DNA of 64,000 bases from Eledone cirrhosa (taxonomy: Eukaryota). Position numbers and translations under genes: made by a program. Numbering within the stretch: the stretch's first letter is position 1; every line of letters begins with the position of its first letter. Shown piece after piece: positions 29,388 through 44,207 of the stretch. The notes under the pieces are model-generated. The model searched no databases. It saw only the letters and a program-made list of their open reading frames with translations, and was not told where the DNA came from. The DNA lies in contig OZ024740.1 of assembly GCA_964016885.1 (NCBI GenBank), positions 115,010,001 through 115,074,000 on the forward strand, read 5' to 3'.

Positions 29388-30992
29388 TGAATATAGACAT
29401 AGAATATTCGAAAATATTCTGTATGTTTATAATAAACATTTTGAAGACCTAATCGCTATAGAATAGAATACGTCACGTATTACAATTAGATTCTCGATAA
29501 AAGCAAGGGAAGTAATCTACGCGTTTCATTCTTGTTAGAATTCATCAGGACTACATATCCAGTGCTTTTATCGAGAATGACACAGCTAGAGACTTATAGA
29601 ATACTTAGCTGTGTACAGGAACTGGTTTGAAAGAGCGGTTGCCGGTCCGGCAGAAATTAGAAATTGGAATAAATGCTCTGAAATAGCGATATATATGTGA
29701 ATATAGACATAGAATATTCGAAAATATTCTGTATGTTTATAATAAACATTTTGAAGACCTAATCGCTATAGAATAGAATACGTCACGTATTACAATTAGA
29801 TTCTCGATAAAAGCAAGGGAAGTAATCTACGCGTGTCTTTCTCGATAAAAGCACTGGATATGTAGTCCTGATGAATTCTAACAAGAATGAAACGCGTAGA
29901 TTACTTCCCTTGCTTTTATCGAGAATCTAATTGTAATACGTGACGTATTCTATTCTATAGCGATTAGGTCTTCAAAATGTTTATTATAAACATACAGAAT
30001 ATTTTCGAATATTCTATGTCTATATTCACATATATATCGCTATTTCAGAGCATTTATTCCAATTTCTAATTTCTGCCGGACCGGCAACCGCTCTTTCAAA
30101 CCAGTTCCTGTACACAGCTAAGTATTCTATAAGTCTCTAGCTGTGTCATTCTCGATAAAAGCACTGGATATGTAGTCCTGATGAATTCTAACAAGAATGA
30201 AACGCGTAGATTACTTCCCTTGCTTTTATCGAGAATCTAATTGTAATACGTGACGTATTCTATTCTATAGCGATTAGGTCTTCAAAATGTTTATTATAAA
30301 CATACAGAATATTTTCGAATATTCTATGTCTATATTCACATATATATCGCTATTTCAGAGCATTTATTCCAATTTCTAATTTCTGCCGGACCGGCAACCG
30401 CTCTTTCAAACCAGTTCCTGTACACAGCTAAGTATTCTATAAGTCTCTAGCTGTGTCATTCTCGATAAAAGCACTGGATATGTAGTCCTGATGAATTCTA
30501 ACAAGAATGAAACGCGTAGATTACTTCCCTTGCTTTTATCGAGAATCTAATTGTAATACGTGACGTATTCTATTCTATAGCGATTAGGTCTTCAAAATGT
30601 TTATTATAAACATACAGAATATTTTCGAATATTCTATGTCTATATTCACATATATATCGCTATTTCAGAGCATTTATTCCAATTTCTAATTTCTGCCGGA
30701 CCGGCAACCGCTCTTTCAAACCAGTTCCTGTACACAGCTAAGTATTCTATAAGTCTCTAGCTGTGTCATTCTCGATAAAAGCACTGGATATGTAGTCCTG
30801 ATGAATTCTAACAAGAATGAAACGCGTAGATTACTTCCCTTGCTTTTATCGAGAATCTAATTGTAATACGTGACGTATTCTATTCTATAGCGATTAGGTC
30901 TTCAAAATGTTTATTATAAACATACAGAATATTTTCGAATATTCTATGTCTATATTCACATATATATCGCTATTTCAGAGCATTTATTCCAA
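29388..30992. mobile_element. Retrozyme-like 310-bp tandem array with internal inversion
   Basis: About 1.4 units on minus (29388-29834) then about 3.7 units on plus (29833-30992); period 310 (TGTAGTCCTG at 29861, 30171, 30481, 30791); one HHR per unit; TA-rich flanks. Confidence 0.9.
29862..29904 (+). ncRNA. Minimal type I hammerhead ribozyme (repeated at 30172, 30482, 30792 and at 29512-29554 on minus)
   Basis: GTAGTC-CTGATGA-ATTCT-AACA-AGAAT-GAAA-CGCG-TA-GATTAC: canonical core, stem I GTAGTC/GATTAC, 5-bp stem II, palindromic ACGCGT stem III, GUA cleavage triplet. Confidence 0.9.
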
Positions 30993-31896
30993 TATATATA
31001 TATATTTATATGTATGTGTATGTGTGTGTGCGTGTATGTAAACTCATGTGCATACATGTGTGTGTGTGTGTACGTATTAGTGTGTGTATGCATTAGTATT
31101 TGAACTCTGATTTAGTCACTGCTTTTAAAATGTCATTTACTTCAGGAAAAGCTGTTCATAACACCGACGAAAGCTATTGCCATCATTCCAAAATTAGTAT
31201 CATTACATGGAACATTTTTATTAATTAGTTTTCTATGAGTGAAAAATTGATTTCGTATTTCCCGTGTGAAATATCTTTATCATAACCAAATTCCTCTAAA
31301 CGTCCTGCTAACATCAATACTTGCATTTTATCTCGAAAAGTGGATATTTTAAAGAATTGCTGCTAATTAAATTTACTATATCAATTTCTGTGCAATTCAT
31401 CATGAAAAAGACATTGAAGCTAGTGAATGTTTTAACGACACGTAATGTTAAATATAAACGCCATTTTGCGAAGCTTGATAGCTGTTGGATATTAATTGCT
31501 CCGTGTAGCAGGGTGGGGTTGTTCAAATATATATCAATCAGAGTTAAAGCACTTATGTGATATATCATTGTAGACAGTTTATTTGACTAGTATATAAGGA
31601 TTGAAAACGAAAACCAAAGATTCAGAAATAGCTCAGAATAGTGCGTCTTGTGACGAAAATAATTTCCACTTTCTTTCATATCATTTCAGAGAGCTAACTC
31701 AATTCCAAATACTCTGCAAAAATACAAATTCGAACACAAGGTCACCTATCAACCATAAAACGCCAAAGAAGCTGACATTTAAGTGCGCATCAATATAACC
31801 TATGTCACATGCCAGCGCCAAGAAGGGAATGAATAACTTTCAAAAATATCCACTTACACGGAAGCATATACATGCATGTAGATGTACCTTCATCCC

Positions 31897-31980
<84 letters not shown>

Positions 31981-31983
<3 letters not shown>

Positions 31984-32183
31984 AACGAGTAGGACCCCGA
32001 CGGCTGAGCTCAAGCCGTTTGGACGGCTAATTCTGGACTGAAATGTCCAGAATTAGCCGTCGAAACGGCTTGAGCTCAGCCGTCGGGGTCCTACTCGTTC
32101 CTATTACCCACTCTACTACCCTAAGTATTGAGTAATTTGGTGCTTTATGGTCCACCTGGTTCCTTACCACATTTTCTTCGTTA
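31981..32183 (+). mobile_element. Mini fold-back derivative of the 15-19 kb PLE terminus
   Basis: ~58-bp inverted arms (AGGAAC...CTGGAC / GTCCAG...GTTCCT) plus the same ~80-bp tail ending CTTCGTTA; (TA)n both sides. Confidence 0.85.
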
Positions 32184-32970
32184 TATATATATATATATAG
32201 TATTAATTAATAGTATTAATTATACTATTTATGGCTATGCAAATACAAAAACCTTTTGTAGTTATATATATTTTTATAAACCCTAAACAGTGGTAGGCAG
32301 TAATATATTACTACCTTATTACCAGTAAATTAAATAGCTCAATGTAATAACATCAGATGATTTACTGAGCAGTTATATGAATTATAAGAATCAAAGAACT
32401 GTTCAAAACATGTTTATGCTTACAACTGTTTCCTCCAAACCGAGGTTTGTATTCTTCGGAGCAATTTATTATTGAATGAACACTTATATGACCTCCTTTT
32501 CACCCAAGAGACATACAGATACATATGCAAATATTCTGGGTCAATATTCATTACAGCATTTAGTGTGGCAGTACACATTTAGAGATTACATTCATATTAA
32601 AATATACAATCAAAAATACAGGTTAAAATACAACATGAAATTAAGCGGTTATAGAGTGCAATGGTTATATGTGTGGCAAGCACGTGCGTCCTGTTTATAT
32701 AGTGTGGCAGTGAGTTACGTGTAATAGAAGCACTTAAGCAGGTAATCAAGAGTGTTAAGAGGCTTGATCTGGTAATGAATTCTTTACATGATTGTTATAG
32801 CCTGTGTGTGGAGAAATAATATAAGTATTAAAAATAATGTAAGCATTAAAAATATTGTAAATGCGTAGCGAAGCGATGATATGGATTTCATGCACTGCGA
32901 CATTTACATAGTCTAGGGAGCGTATTTTTCAGATTATATGCCCCTCACATAATCTACGACGATTCGATAT

Positions 32971-34323
32971 ATAAAAAATTCAATATAGAAAGAACTAGAA
33001 AACTATTGCACAAGACATTCAAAAACTTTAACCTTAGTATCACCATGGACAAAAACACTAAAAATGTTAACTTCCTAGACGCCACACTATACCTAGACTC
33101 AAAAATATATACACCTTTCCATAAGCCTAACGAAAAACTCATTTACGTGGATACCAAGTCTAATCACCCTAGATCAATATTAAACTCTATCTCTAAGGGG
33201 GTATCCAATAGAATCTCTAATCTTCTCCTATGACGCAAACATATTTAGCAAAAACTCGCAATATTATAATCAAGCATTAGCTAGATCCGGCCATAATATA
33301 GAGATTAAGTTCCTACCTAAGAAAACACATAGCTACAACATCATCTCGCACAACATGTCCATGGGGAAACCTAATAATAGGAATAGCAACCACAAGTACA
33401 CCAAAGCGGAGGGTGCCACCAAAAGTAACCATTACCACAGAAACTACCGTAGTACCTTAGGAGGAAACAACACACCAGACACTAAAAACAAAAATAGAAA
33501 AAGAAATAATACAGTTTTCAACCCTCCTTTCAACCTAAACGTCTCCACCAACATACCTAGGGCTTTCTTCTCACTACTAGATAAAAACTTCCCTCTAGGA
33601 CACAAGTACCATAACCTCTTAAACAAAAACACTATTAAAACCTCATACTCTACGACGCCTAACTTAGCATACCACTTAGCTAGCAGCAATAAGAGTAAAA
33701 TTAACTCTTACTTCCAACAAACGAAATCACAACAGGAGGTAAACCTCCAAAATACCTCTGTAGCAAGCAACCCTAATAACGGCAGTAATAATAGAAATAA
33801 CACCGGGATCGACAACCCGAATGTCCAAAATCCTATAGGTACCACCCAGACTTCTGCACTGCATTATAACCAGCAGACTAACACCCAGGATAATTGTAAC
33901 TGTAGAGCTAATAGAACCTGCCCTTTAGATAAAAAATGCCTAACCAAGGATATCATATACTCATGCACCGTCACAACTAGCAACTCTTCAGAAACCTATG
34001 TAGGCTCCACTTCTACCTGCTTCAAAATCAGATATAATTCGCACATCCACTCGTTCAAAAAGCACAGTCTAGCCAACTCCACCTCACTATCTAGCTACAT
34101 ACACTATCTAAAAACTAAAAATAAACCTTACATACTCAAATGGGAAGTGATAGGTAGCGCGACTTCGTACAAACCACCTAATAAATTTTGTAACCTCTGT
34201 ATACTAGCGACCCACACTATTATCTTCTCTAACCGTAACCTACTTAACAAAAAATCTGAAGTGTTTGCAACTTGCCAGCACCGCTTCAAACATTCGTTCC
34301 AAAACTTTAAGCCCAATATATAG
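32971..34323 (+). pseudogene. PLE RT thumb + GIY-YIG endonuclease fragment, frameshift near 33226
   Basis: VNFLDATL, FHKPNE, SNHP, VFNPPF, CNCRANRTCPLDKKC, IIYSC...YVGST...FKIRYNSH, CNLC...LLNKKSE...CQHR. Confidence 0.88.
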
Positions 34324-35739
34324 CAATGTCGGACTTGAACCAGACACCACCCCTAGCATCAAACACCAGGGGCACCCCTTATACCACATCCCCACACTCA
34401 TTGATCTAATATAACACAAATCGAGACATCCCTCTAGAACCCTTCACAGTGGGAATACCCCTTTTGTACTTCTATTTTAGGTGTGACTACATCCAGTTGC
34501 TTGAACTGCACCACACCACTTTATAGTTAATGTAAAATTTAAGCATTGAATTGATTGTATTGTTGGTGCTATGCGGAGGAAGTGCCATCATTGGATAAAT
34601 GGAAAACTAATTAATCTAGTAACGTTGATGAGCTGTACGACCGGTATGCTGAGTGCAGTGAATGTATTGCAAGTGGCGTATGGGTTGTACATATATGTAT
34701 GATTTGATGGTCAGATTGGAGACATGAGGAGTGTGGATTGACCTCTGGTCGGCCCTGGTGATCATTATCTTTCGCCATCCAATATAGCATGCACTGACCC
34801 GGAACTCACCGGGGATCATTGTGTGTTGAAGTGATTCTGCAATCACCTTGCCTGATTCTTTAAGTAGACTGCAATCACAGTGATCATTAATTTAGAAATC
34901 TCGCTCGTCGCGTATAATATTCATTTGTGGCACTCTACGATGGAGGTTAATCACCATAATAAAAACTTAATAGACTACTTTATAGTTAAAACACTTTAAA
35001 ATTTAGAAATTTTTTAGAAACTGCGCATAACCATATAAGTTAGGGACTATTTTGAGACACAATTTAATAGTTAGTAATAGAAACCACTGAGTTACCCCCC
35101 CCCCCCTCATGCATTAACTCCCCTTAGCCACACACACTTCCGGGTAATATTTCGATGTCGATTCTCACAACGTAACATCCTCCTGTATTGAGCTAAAGAA
35201 CATCAGACTACGATTCTCTAACTGGATTGTCAAACGCCCAATATCGAATCGTCGTGGATTATGTGAGGGGCATATAATCTGAAAAATACGCTCCCCAGAC
35301 TATGAAAATGTCGCATGAAATCCATATCATCGCTTCGCTACGCATTTACAATATTTTTAATGCTTACATTATTTTTAATACTTATATTATTTCTCCACAC
35401 ACAGTCTATAACAATCATATAAAGAATTCATTACCAGATCAACCCTCTTAACACTCTTGATTACCTGCTTAAGTCCTTCTATTACACGTAACTCACTGCC
35501 ACACTATATAAACAAGCCGCACGTGCTTGCCACACATATAACCATTGCACTCTATAACCGCTTAATTTCATGTATTTTAACCTGTATTTTTGATTGTATA
35601 TTTTAATATGAATGTAATCTCTAAATGTGTACTGCCACACTAAATGCTGTAATGAATGTTGACCCACAATATTTGCATATGTATCTGTATGTCTCTTGGG
35701 TGAAAAGGAGGTCATATAAGTGTTCATTCAATAATAAAT

Positions 35740-35786
35740 TGCTCCGAAGAATACAAACCTCGGTTTGGAGGAAACAGTTGTAAGCA
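35740..35786 (+). ncRNA. Hammerhead-like motif with CCGAAGA core in PLE terminal repeat (mirror 32417-32463, minus)
   Basis: TGCT-CCGAAGA-ata CAAACC-TC-GGTTTG gag-GAAA-CAGTTG-TA-AGCA. Confidence 0.55.
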
Positions 35787-35821
35787 TAAAAATGTTTTGA
35801 ACAGTTCTTTGATTCTTATAA

Positions 35822-35912
<91 letters not shown>

Positions 35913-36674
35913 CAGATATTTGTGCGTGTGTGTGCATCTTTTCAAGGAGATTTGGCTGTTTTTACCACAATGTTCATTGCTTCTGATGTCTTTCTCAAAT
36001 CTTTGCCTATCAAGAACTTTTTATCTAGCTAGCCAGTAGTTAGGGAATGACAAAATAGCAACAATGGTGCACAGTTCAACACATCAGTTGACTCATAGTC
36101 GCTGATTCTCTACAAACTAGCATGAATGTTTTGCACGATATGATTTAGTATGGTGTGTAACAGCTCTCACCAATACGAATTCATGTATTATCCGATAATC
36201 TAATTTTCTGAACATTCGTTTCCGTTCCTTTTCACAAACGACTGTTATACATAAGACATAGTTATTGGATGAGAGGTCTTTTCTTTCGCCATCCCCAGTG
36301 CGAGCCGGTAAGATATATATATATATAGAACAGGTTTGTTGTCAAACTTCAATACTATCGCAGGAAATGGAACGAATTTGACAGGGAAATAATCTCGGAC
36401 ACCATTTACATGTATAGTGTTTAGAAATAAATAGAACTTACAGACTAATATTTTGCCGTTTTGAACATCGTCTATTCCTATAATCGAAGCCAATATCTAT
36501 GTACGGGGTAACATCTGTTCTCTTCTTCATTTCAATGCACAGTGATTTGGAAAAAACAAACGTTTTTACGCTGCACATTTTTTTGTTTTTTTTAGTAACA
36601 CATGCAACATTCAACTTTCGAGATTTAGACAGGAGAAAAAGAATGAAATGCAATCATACATATGTCGTAATAAT

Positions 36675-36851
36675 TGTTTCTACTTTTGGCACAAGGCCAC
36701 CAATTACCCAGTGTATTACTGGTACTTTATTTTATCGACCCCGTAAGGATGAAAGGCAAAGTTAACCTCGGCGGGATTTGAACTCAGAATGGAAAGGGCC
36801 GTAACTCTTTGCGTCAAAGCATGGCGTCCGACCCTCTACCGATACTGCCAA
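36675..36851 (-). mobile_element. tRNA-derived SINE with 13-bp TSD
   Basis: Same family as 13892; TSD ATGTCGTAATAAT at 36662-36674 and 36851-36863. Confidence 0.85.
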
Positions 36852-37787
36852 TGTCGTAATAATGGTAAGCAAAGAGAGGTGTACCGAGAAAGATTGTCTC
36901 ATTGTGGAAGCAACATTTCTACTTTAAAACAACAAAGTCATAAAATTGTAATTAATACACAAGATATGCAGAGTTATTGTCCTTTGAATTATAAAAATAT
37001 ATATTGGCAACAGGATTGAACCTCCGTCGCTTTCGGCGATGAGATATTCAGTTGTTTGTCCAACGGAACAACCTGCTCGTTAAATTAACAGGCAAGTGGC
37101 TGAGTATTCCACAAGCACGAGTACCCTTAACTTATTTCTCATGGTGATTCAACGTGATATTGTGTGCAATACGGCTGAGCCTTTGAATTACAAATGCAGG
37201 CTAACCGACAGAAATTCGAACCTTTGTCAATCAAGAGGGCATGAGTCTAACTACACTATTTTAAAGGACATTTGCACAAGTTGTCTTGCAGTGAAATACA
37301 TTGATAACAGGGTAATTTAAAAATATATAACATAAAACTGTAGAAAGAATACAAATCAGTATTTTAATAATTCAACAATGCTCTTGTTTTCAATTTACAA
37401 ATGAAAACTAAATATATCAATGCAGAATGAGAACATTTATCTTCTGAAAAACAAAATGAAGCTCTGCCTTGTCCGGTAATGTATATTTTGCTTATCCCCT
37501 TAAATTTCCTCTTCTAATATATATAATTTAATCATACACACAAATATTATATATTATTATCTCGCGCACCATACACTGCTATGATTGTCTATTTTCTTTA
37601 CAATATTAAATATTCATTGACTTCTAAACACTTTATGATGTTTAAATAAAATTAGAAAATATATTCTAGTATTGAGTTCTTTAATTTAGCTTGGGCTTTC
37701 TGCTATATGAATACATCTATAGATATATGTATATATAGAGAAGTGTATAGTATAATTGTATTTCCACATACACACATATATATATAT

Positions 37788-38432
<645 letters not shown>

Positions 38433-38877
38433 TGCCTGTGTGTGTGTGCGTATGAATATATATATATAAAGCTATCTGGCATATTAGTTTCTCAACTCAG
38501 TCTTATTTGTATTGAAATTGTGTTATACAATAACGCCAACAGATGGAGCACGCATCAACTCTTGTAATATATCATTCCATTTTGACATTTCCTGGAAAAC
38601 AAATGGAACAACTTAAACAACAAAATACACACAAACGAAAGAAAATCAAACACCAAAACTTGAAAAATAGATTGAAATCAGGTTTTTCTGTATGACAACT
38701 TAAACAGAATTTACATTACACAGCAAAGGAAAAAAAGGGATAGCTACAAAAGGTGAACAAAATAAAACACTGGTAAATAAAACTAAGACAAGCAATAAGA
38801 AAGCATTTCACCACACACTTATTCCTATTCCTGATGGTAATAATGATGATAAGGAGGAGGATGATATGCATGGGAAT

Positions 38878-38978
<101 letters not shown>

Positions 38979-39153
38979 ATGTGTATGTCTGTGCGTATGT
39001 GCGTATGTGTATGCATATATAGATGCATATATATATATATATATATATGCATATGTATGTGTATAAATATCCACTCATATATCTACATATATATTATATG
39101 TATATATATATGTGTGTGTGTATGCATATATATATGTATGTATGTGTATATAC

Positions 39154-39222
<69 letters not shown>

Positions 39223-39575
39223 TGTATGTATATGCCGAGAAAATTTGTCTTTTTTATATATAAGTATATATTGCGATATATCTCAGAATGACGCACGTAC
39301 AAGCATGGATATGAGTATTTTTTCTGTTTCTTCTTCCTTATTTTTCATCTTGTGAGTCAAGTAAAAGTATTTCAATGCTGTCATGCTGTGTGCTTTCATC
39401 GCGACTTATCACATATACTGTAAGGAAATAATCCATTATCTGACCCAAAACGAAACCACATTGGAAATGGGAACAGCCAAGAACGATTATATGTTTTATA
39501 CTATTTATTATTAGTATATTCAGTTTCTGTACGAAAGGCCTTCCTTTCTCATTTTCACTGTCTCTGTTTCTCTTT

Positions 39576-39631
<56 letters not shown>

Positions 39632-39633
<2 letters not shown>

Positions 39634-39808
39634 AGGAAAATGTATAACCCCGACGGCAGAGCTCATGCCGTTTCGACGGCTATTTCTAGACTAAATTAGA
39701 ATTTTTTAGCGTAGTAGTAAATTTCCTATTATCCACTCTACTACCCTAAGTATTGAGTACACTGGTGCGTTATGGTCCAACTGGTTCCTTATCACACTTC
39801 CTTCGTTA
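39632..39808 (+). mobile_element. Mini fold-back derivative of the 15-19 kb PLE terminus
   Basis: Inverted HHR half (ATAGGAAAA...GACGGCAGAGCTCATGCCGTTTCGACGGCTA) followed by the forward tail TTCCTATTATCCACTCTACT...CTTCGTTA. Confidence 0.75.
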
Positions 39809-40367
39809 TATATATTTATCTGTGTGTATGTGTTTGTGTGTGAGTGTTTGTGTCTGTGTATGTGTGTGTCTTCGTGTGTGTCTGTCTTTGTGTGTGTGTT
39901 GGGTGTGTGTATGTGTGTATGTGTGTATCCTGGATTCAATCGGGTATATGTGTATGTATATATACAGGTGTGTGTGTGTGAGCGTATGTGTGAGTGTGTG
40001 TGTGACTGTATGTGTGTGTGAGCGTATGTGTGTGTGGGAGTTTGTAAAGACCTGACCATTTTGTAGTCATGTTAATACAGCCACTTTAAAAAAAACCTTT
40101 CGTCTGCTTAGCATAATTGAACCTTGAAAATAAGGTGTGCCTGCTTTTGTATCCTTGTGTATCACTATTTTTAGCTAAGTTTTTTTCTCTAGGTTTTTTC
40201 AAAGAACCACCATTCTTTAAATCCATCAGCCAATGAACTCCACCCATCGCAATCACAACCTTCCCCTACCACCATAAATACCACCATAACACATTGACAG
40301 TCGGCTTTGCTGATGATTTCTTTCGAATGAAACAGTTCTAGTCCTGCAAAAGCTATTTCTATATCAA

Positions 40368-41659
<1,292 letters not shown>

Positions 41660-41664
<5 letters not shown>

Positions 41665-41935
41665 AAAAAGAAAAAGACAAAGAAAATGTCGCTCTACATG
41701 GCTGAACACAATAAATGTAATCTGAGTTTTTCGAATATTAATAATAACATTCTATTCGTTTGCAATTATGCAAACAAGCCTCAATTTTATTACCATGTCA
41801 GCAGAATGAACCCTTCATTCAAGAGCAAGAATGAAGTGTTCATTCTGCTGACATGGCTATAAAATTGAGGCTTGTTTGCATAATTGCAAACGGATCGAAT
41901 GTTATTATTAATATTCGAAAAACTCAGATTACATT

Positions 41936-41939
<4 letters not shown>
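41660..41939. repeat. Fold-back element, ~110-bp arms with short spacer and one-sided tail
   Basis: 41710-41820 is the reverse complement of 41829-41939; (TA)n flanks. Confidence 0.85.
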
Positions 41940-41965
<26 letters not shown>

Positions 41966-41966
<1 letters not shown>

Positions 41967-42487
41967 CAAAGTTTTATTTAAATTGTTGGGTTAACAACGA
42001 GTAAATATTTATAACTGATATAAAAGCACTCAACAAGTATTTGGAGTATATTTACGATATTAAATAAATGGAAACTATATTTATAAAACCATATTTATTT
42101 CATTATATATATTTCAGGGATATCATATTAAAAATATCTTATGCCTTCCTCAGACAAAATACAATATAAACAGTCTTATAAATAGATAGATTCGACATAC
42201 CTTTCAACATCGACTTCAATTTGAAAAGTCGAATTGGATTCAACTTTTCAAATTGAAGTCGATGTTGAAAGGTATGTCGAATCTATCTATTTATAAAAGT
42301 TGAATTGAATTCAACTTTTCAAATTGAAGTCGATGTTGAAAGGTATGTCGAATCTATCTATTTATAAGACTGTTTATATTGTATTTTGTCTGAGGAAGGC
42401 ATAAGATATTTTTAATATGATATCCCTGAAATATATATAATGAAATAAATATGGTTTTATAAATATAGTTTCCATTTATTTAATATC

Positions 42488-42490
<3 letters not shown>
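41966..42490. mobile_element. Fold-back element of the same family as 24801-25291
   Basis: Tail 41966-42052; arms from 42053 to 42490; HHR motifs at 42096-42161 (-) and 42382-42447 (+). Confidence 0.82.
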
Positions 42491-42582
<92 letters not shown>

Positions 42583-42987
42583 GAAATATCAATTTATATA
42601 TATATATATGTTTATACACTTCAGCTGTTTGCGCACTTACTATTATATGCAAATTAGCACGTCCAATTCAGAATATTACTAAGTGCAAATTGGAGTGAAT
42701 ACCTATCAAGTACATGTTTCCTTGTGGTTTAGTAGATCATAGAATCGTCTCCTGATGAGTGTTCAATTAGAGCGGAAAATCTATTAGAGATATTTATCAT
42801 TTGTACATTTTGCAGGTGAATTCGTGTTTTCTGGCATGTTTACATGCCTACATATTATATGCATATATTTATACACGCTGGTGCAGTCTCGTATACACTC
42901 TTTGCACTTATACAGACCTTAGTTTATCATACACATCTGTTACTACCGCACTTCTTACTATTATATATATATATATAAATATATATA

Positions 42988-43589
42988 GTAAGGTGCATTA
43001 TTGGTTGTGTAAAATGGTCCAATAAATTTATGTTAGCAATATTAAGTTCTCCATGCTTTTGTATATCTCCAATTCCGTTCAAGGGAACAGTTACATGATG
43101 TAAAACGGGGGTAAGTATCAAAATGGAAATCCGAAGGCAAGGTAAAATTCCAATCATTTAATCACGACACATGTTTCAATAAGAGATAGATCGATTGTGA
43201 TTTTTTTACTTCACCTTCTGTGTTGGATAACACACCTCCACCACTCAAACAACTATCTTAAAAGTCCATTGGCCCATTTGACGGGAAATCGCACTTACTG
43301 ACGCATTTACCCAATACCCAACCCTACACGGAGCCCTTACTGGCCTACATTGCGGTTGCTTGCACGTACGGATTTGGTGACTCGGATTGTCAATGGGACA
43401 GCGGTACATACTGAGTTCGATATGAGCTGATTGCTTGCTCTTCACATGGATGTGTATATACCCATACATACCCTTTTTTCGACGATTCGGATGTGTATAT
43501 ACCATAACATACACTTGAGGATATGGATGTTACAATTCAATCTATACACGTATAGCAGAACACTGAACTGAACTTACTTGCTTGTGTGT

Positions 43590-43620
<31 letters not shown>

Positions 43621-44207
43621 GGGGTTAACCCAATTTTTCCAATTTACATCGTCAAATTGAGATTTGACCAATGTAGCATCTGTTGTTTTGTGAACTAACT
43701 TTCAGTGAATGCTGTGTTGGTACATTCTTATATTTGTTTTATCTCTGACATCGCTTCGGTGTGTGTGAGAGTGTGTGTGTACCCACCCACAGTAACTGTG
43801 ACCTTTATAATTCTACAGATTTGATACTGTGTTGATGTGTGTATATGTATGTATATATTTTTTTCTTTGACCTCGAGCCGGTGTATGTGGGTTTAACTAT
43901 ATCCCTACAGATTTGATTGATGTCCAGCATCTTTTGCAGCGATAAAATTCTGACAACTGTTATGACCTCAACTGAAGTTAATAGCAGTCGCCGTGTCTCT
44001 GACAGGTGTGTTTTCATATGAGGGAATGAATTATGTGAGAAAACATCGTTATTTTTCTCCCTCATATCAAGAATTTGAAGACAACTTATTCTCACCTGAT
44101 GAGATCAGTGATAATCGATCATGGCTTCACAATCGATCTATCTCTTATTGAAACATGTGTCCGTGATTAAATGATTGGAATTTTACCTTGCCTTCGGATT
44201 TTCATTT

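Larger units (their letters stand above)
32200..35826 (+). mobile_element. Second 5'-truncated PLE with ~590-bp inverted terminal repeats in (TA)n
   Basis: 32375-32970 is the reverse complement of 35241-35826; an unpaired tail lies on the left (32200-32374); RT C-terminus plus GIY-YIG between arms. Confidence 0.88.

Noticed and set aside
29388-30992. 310-bp array as CRISPR array or plain satellite
   Set aside because: No unique spacers and no cas genes; the HHR, few copies and inversion favour a retro-element.
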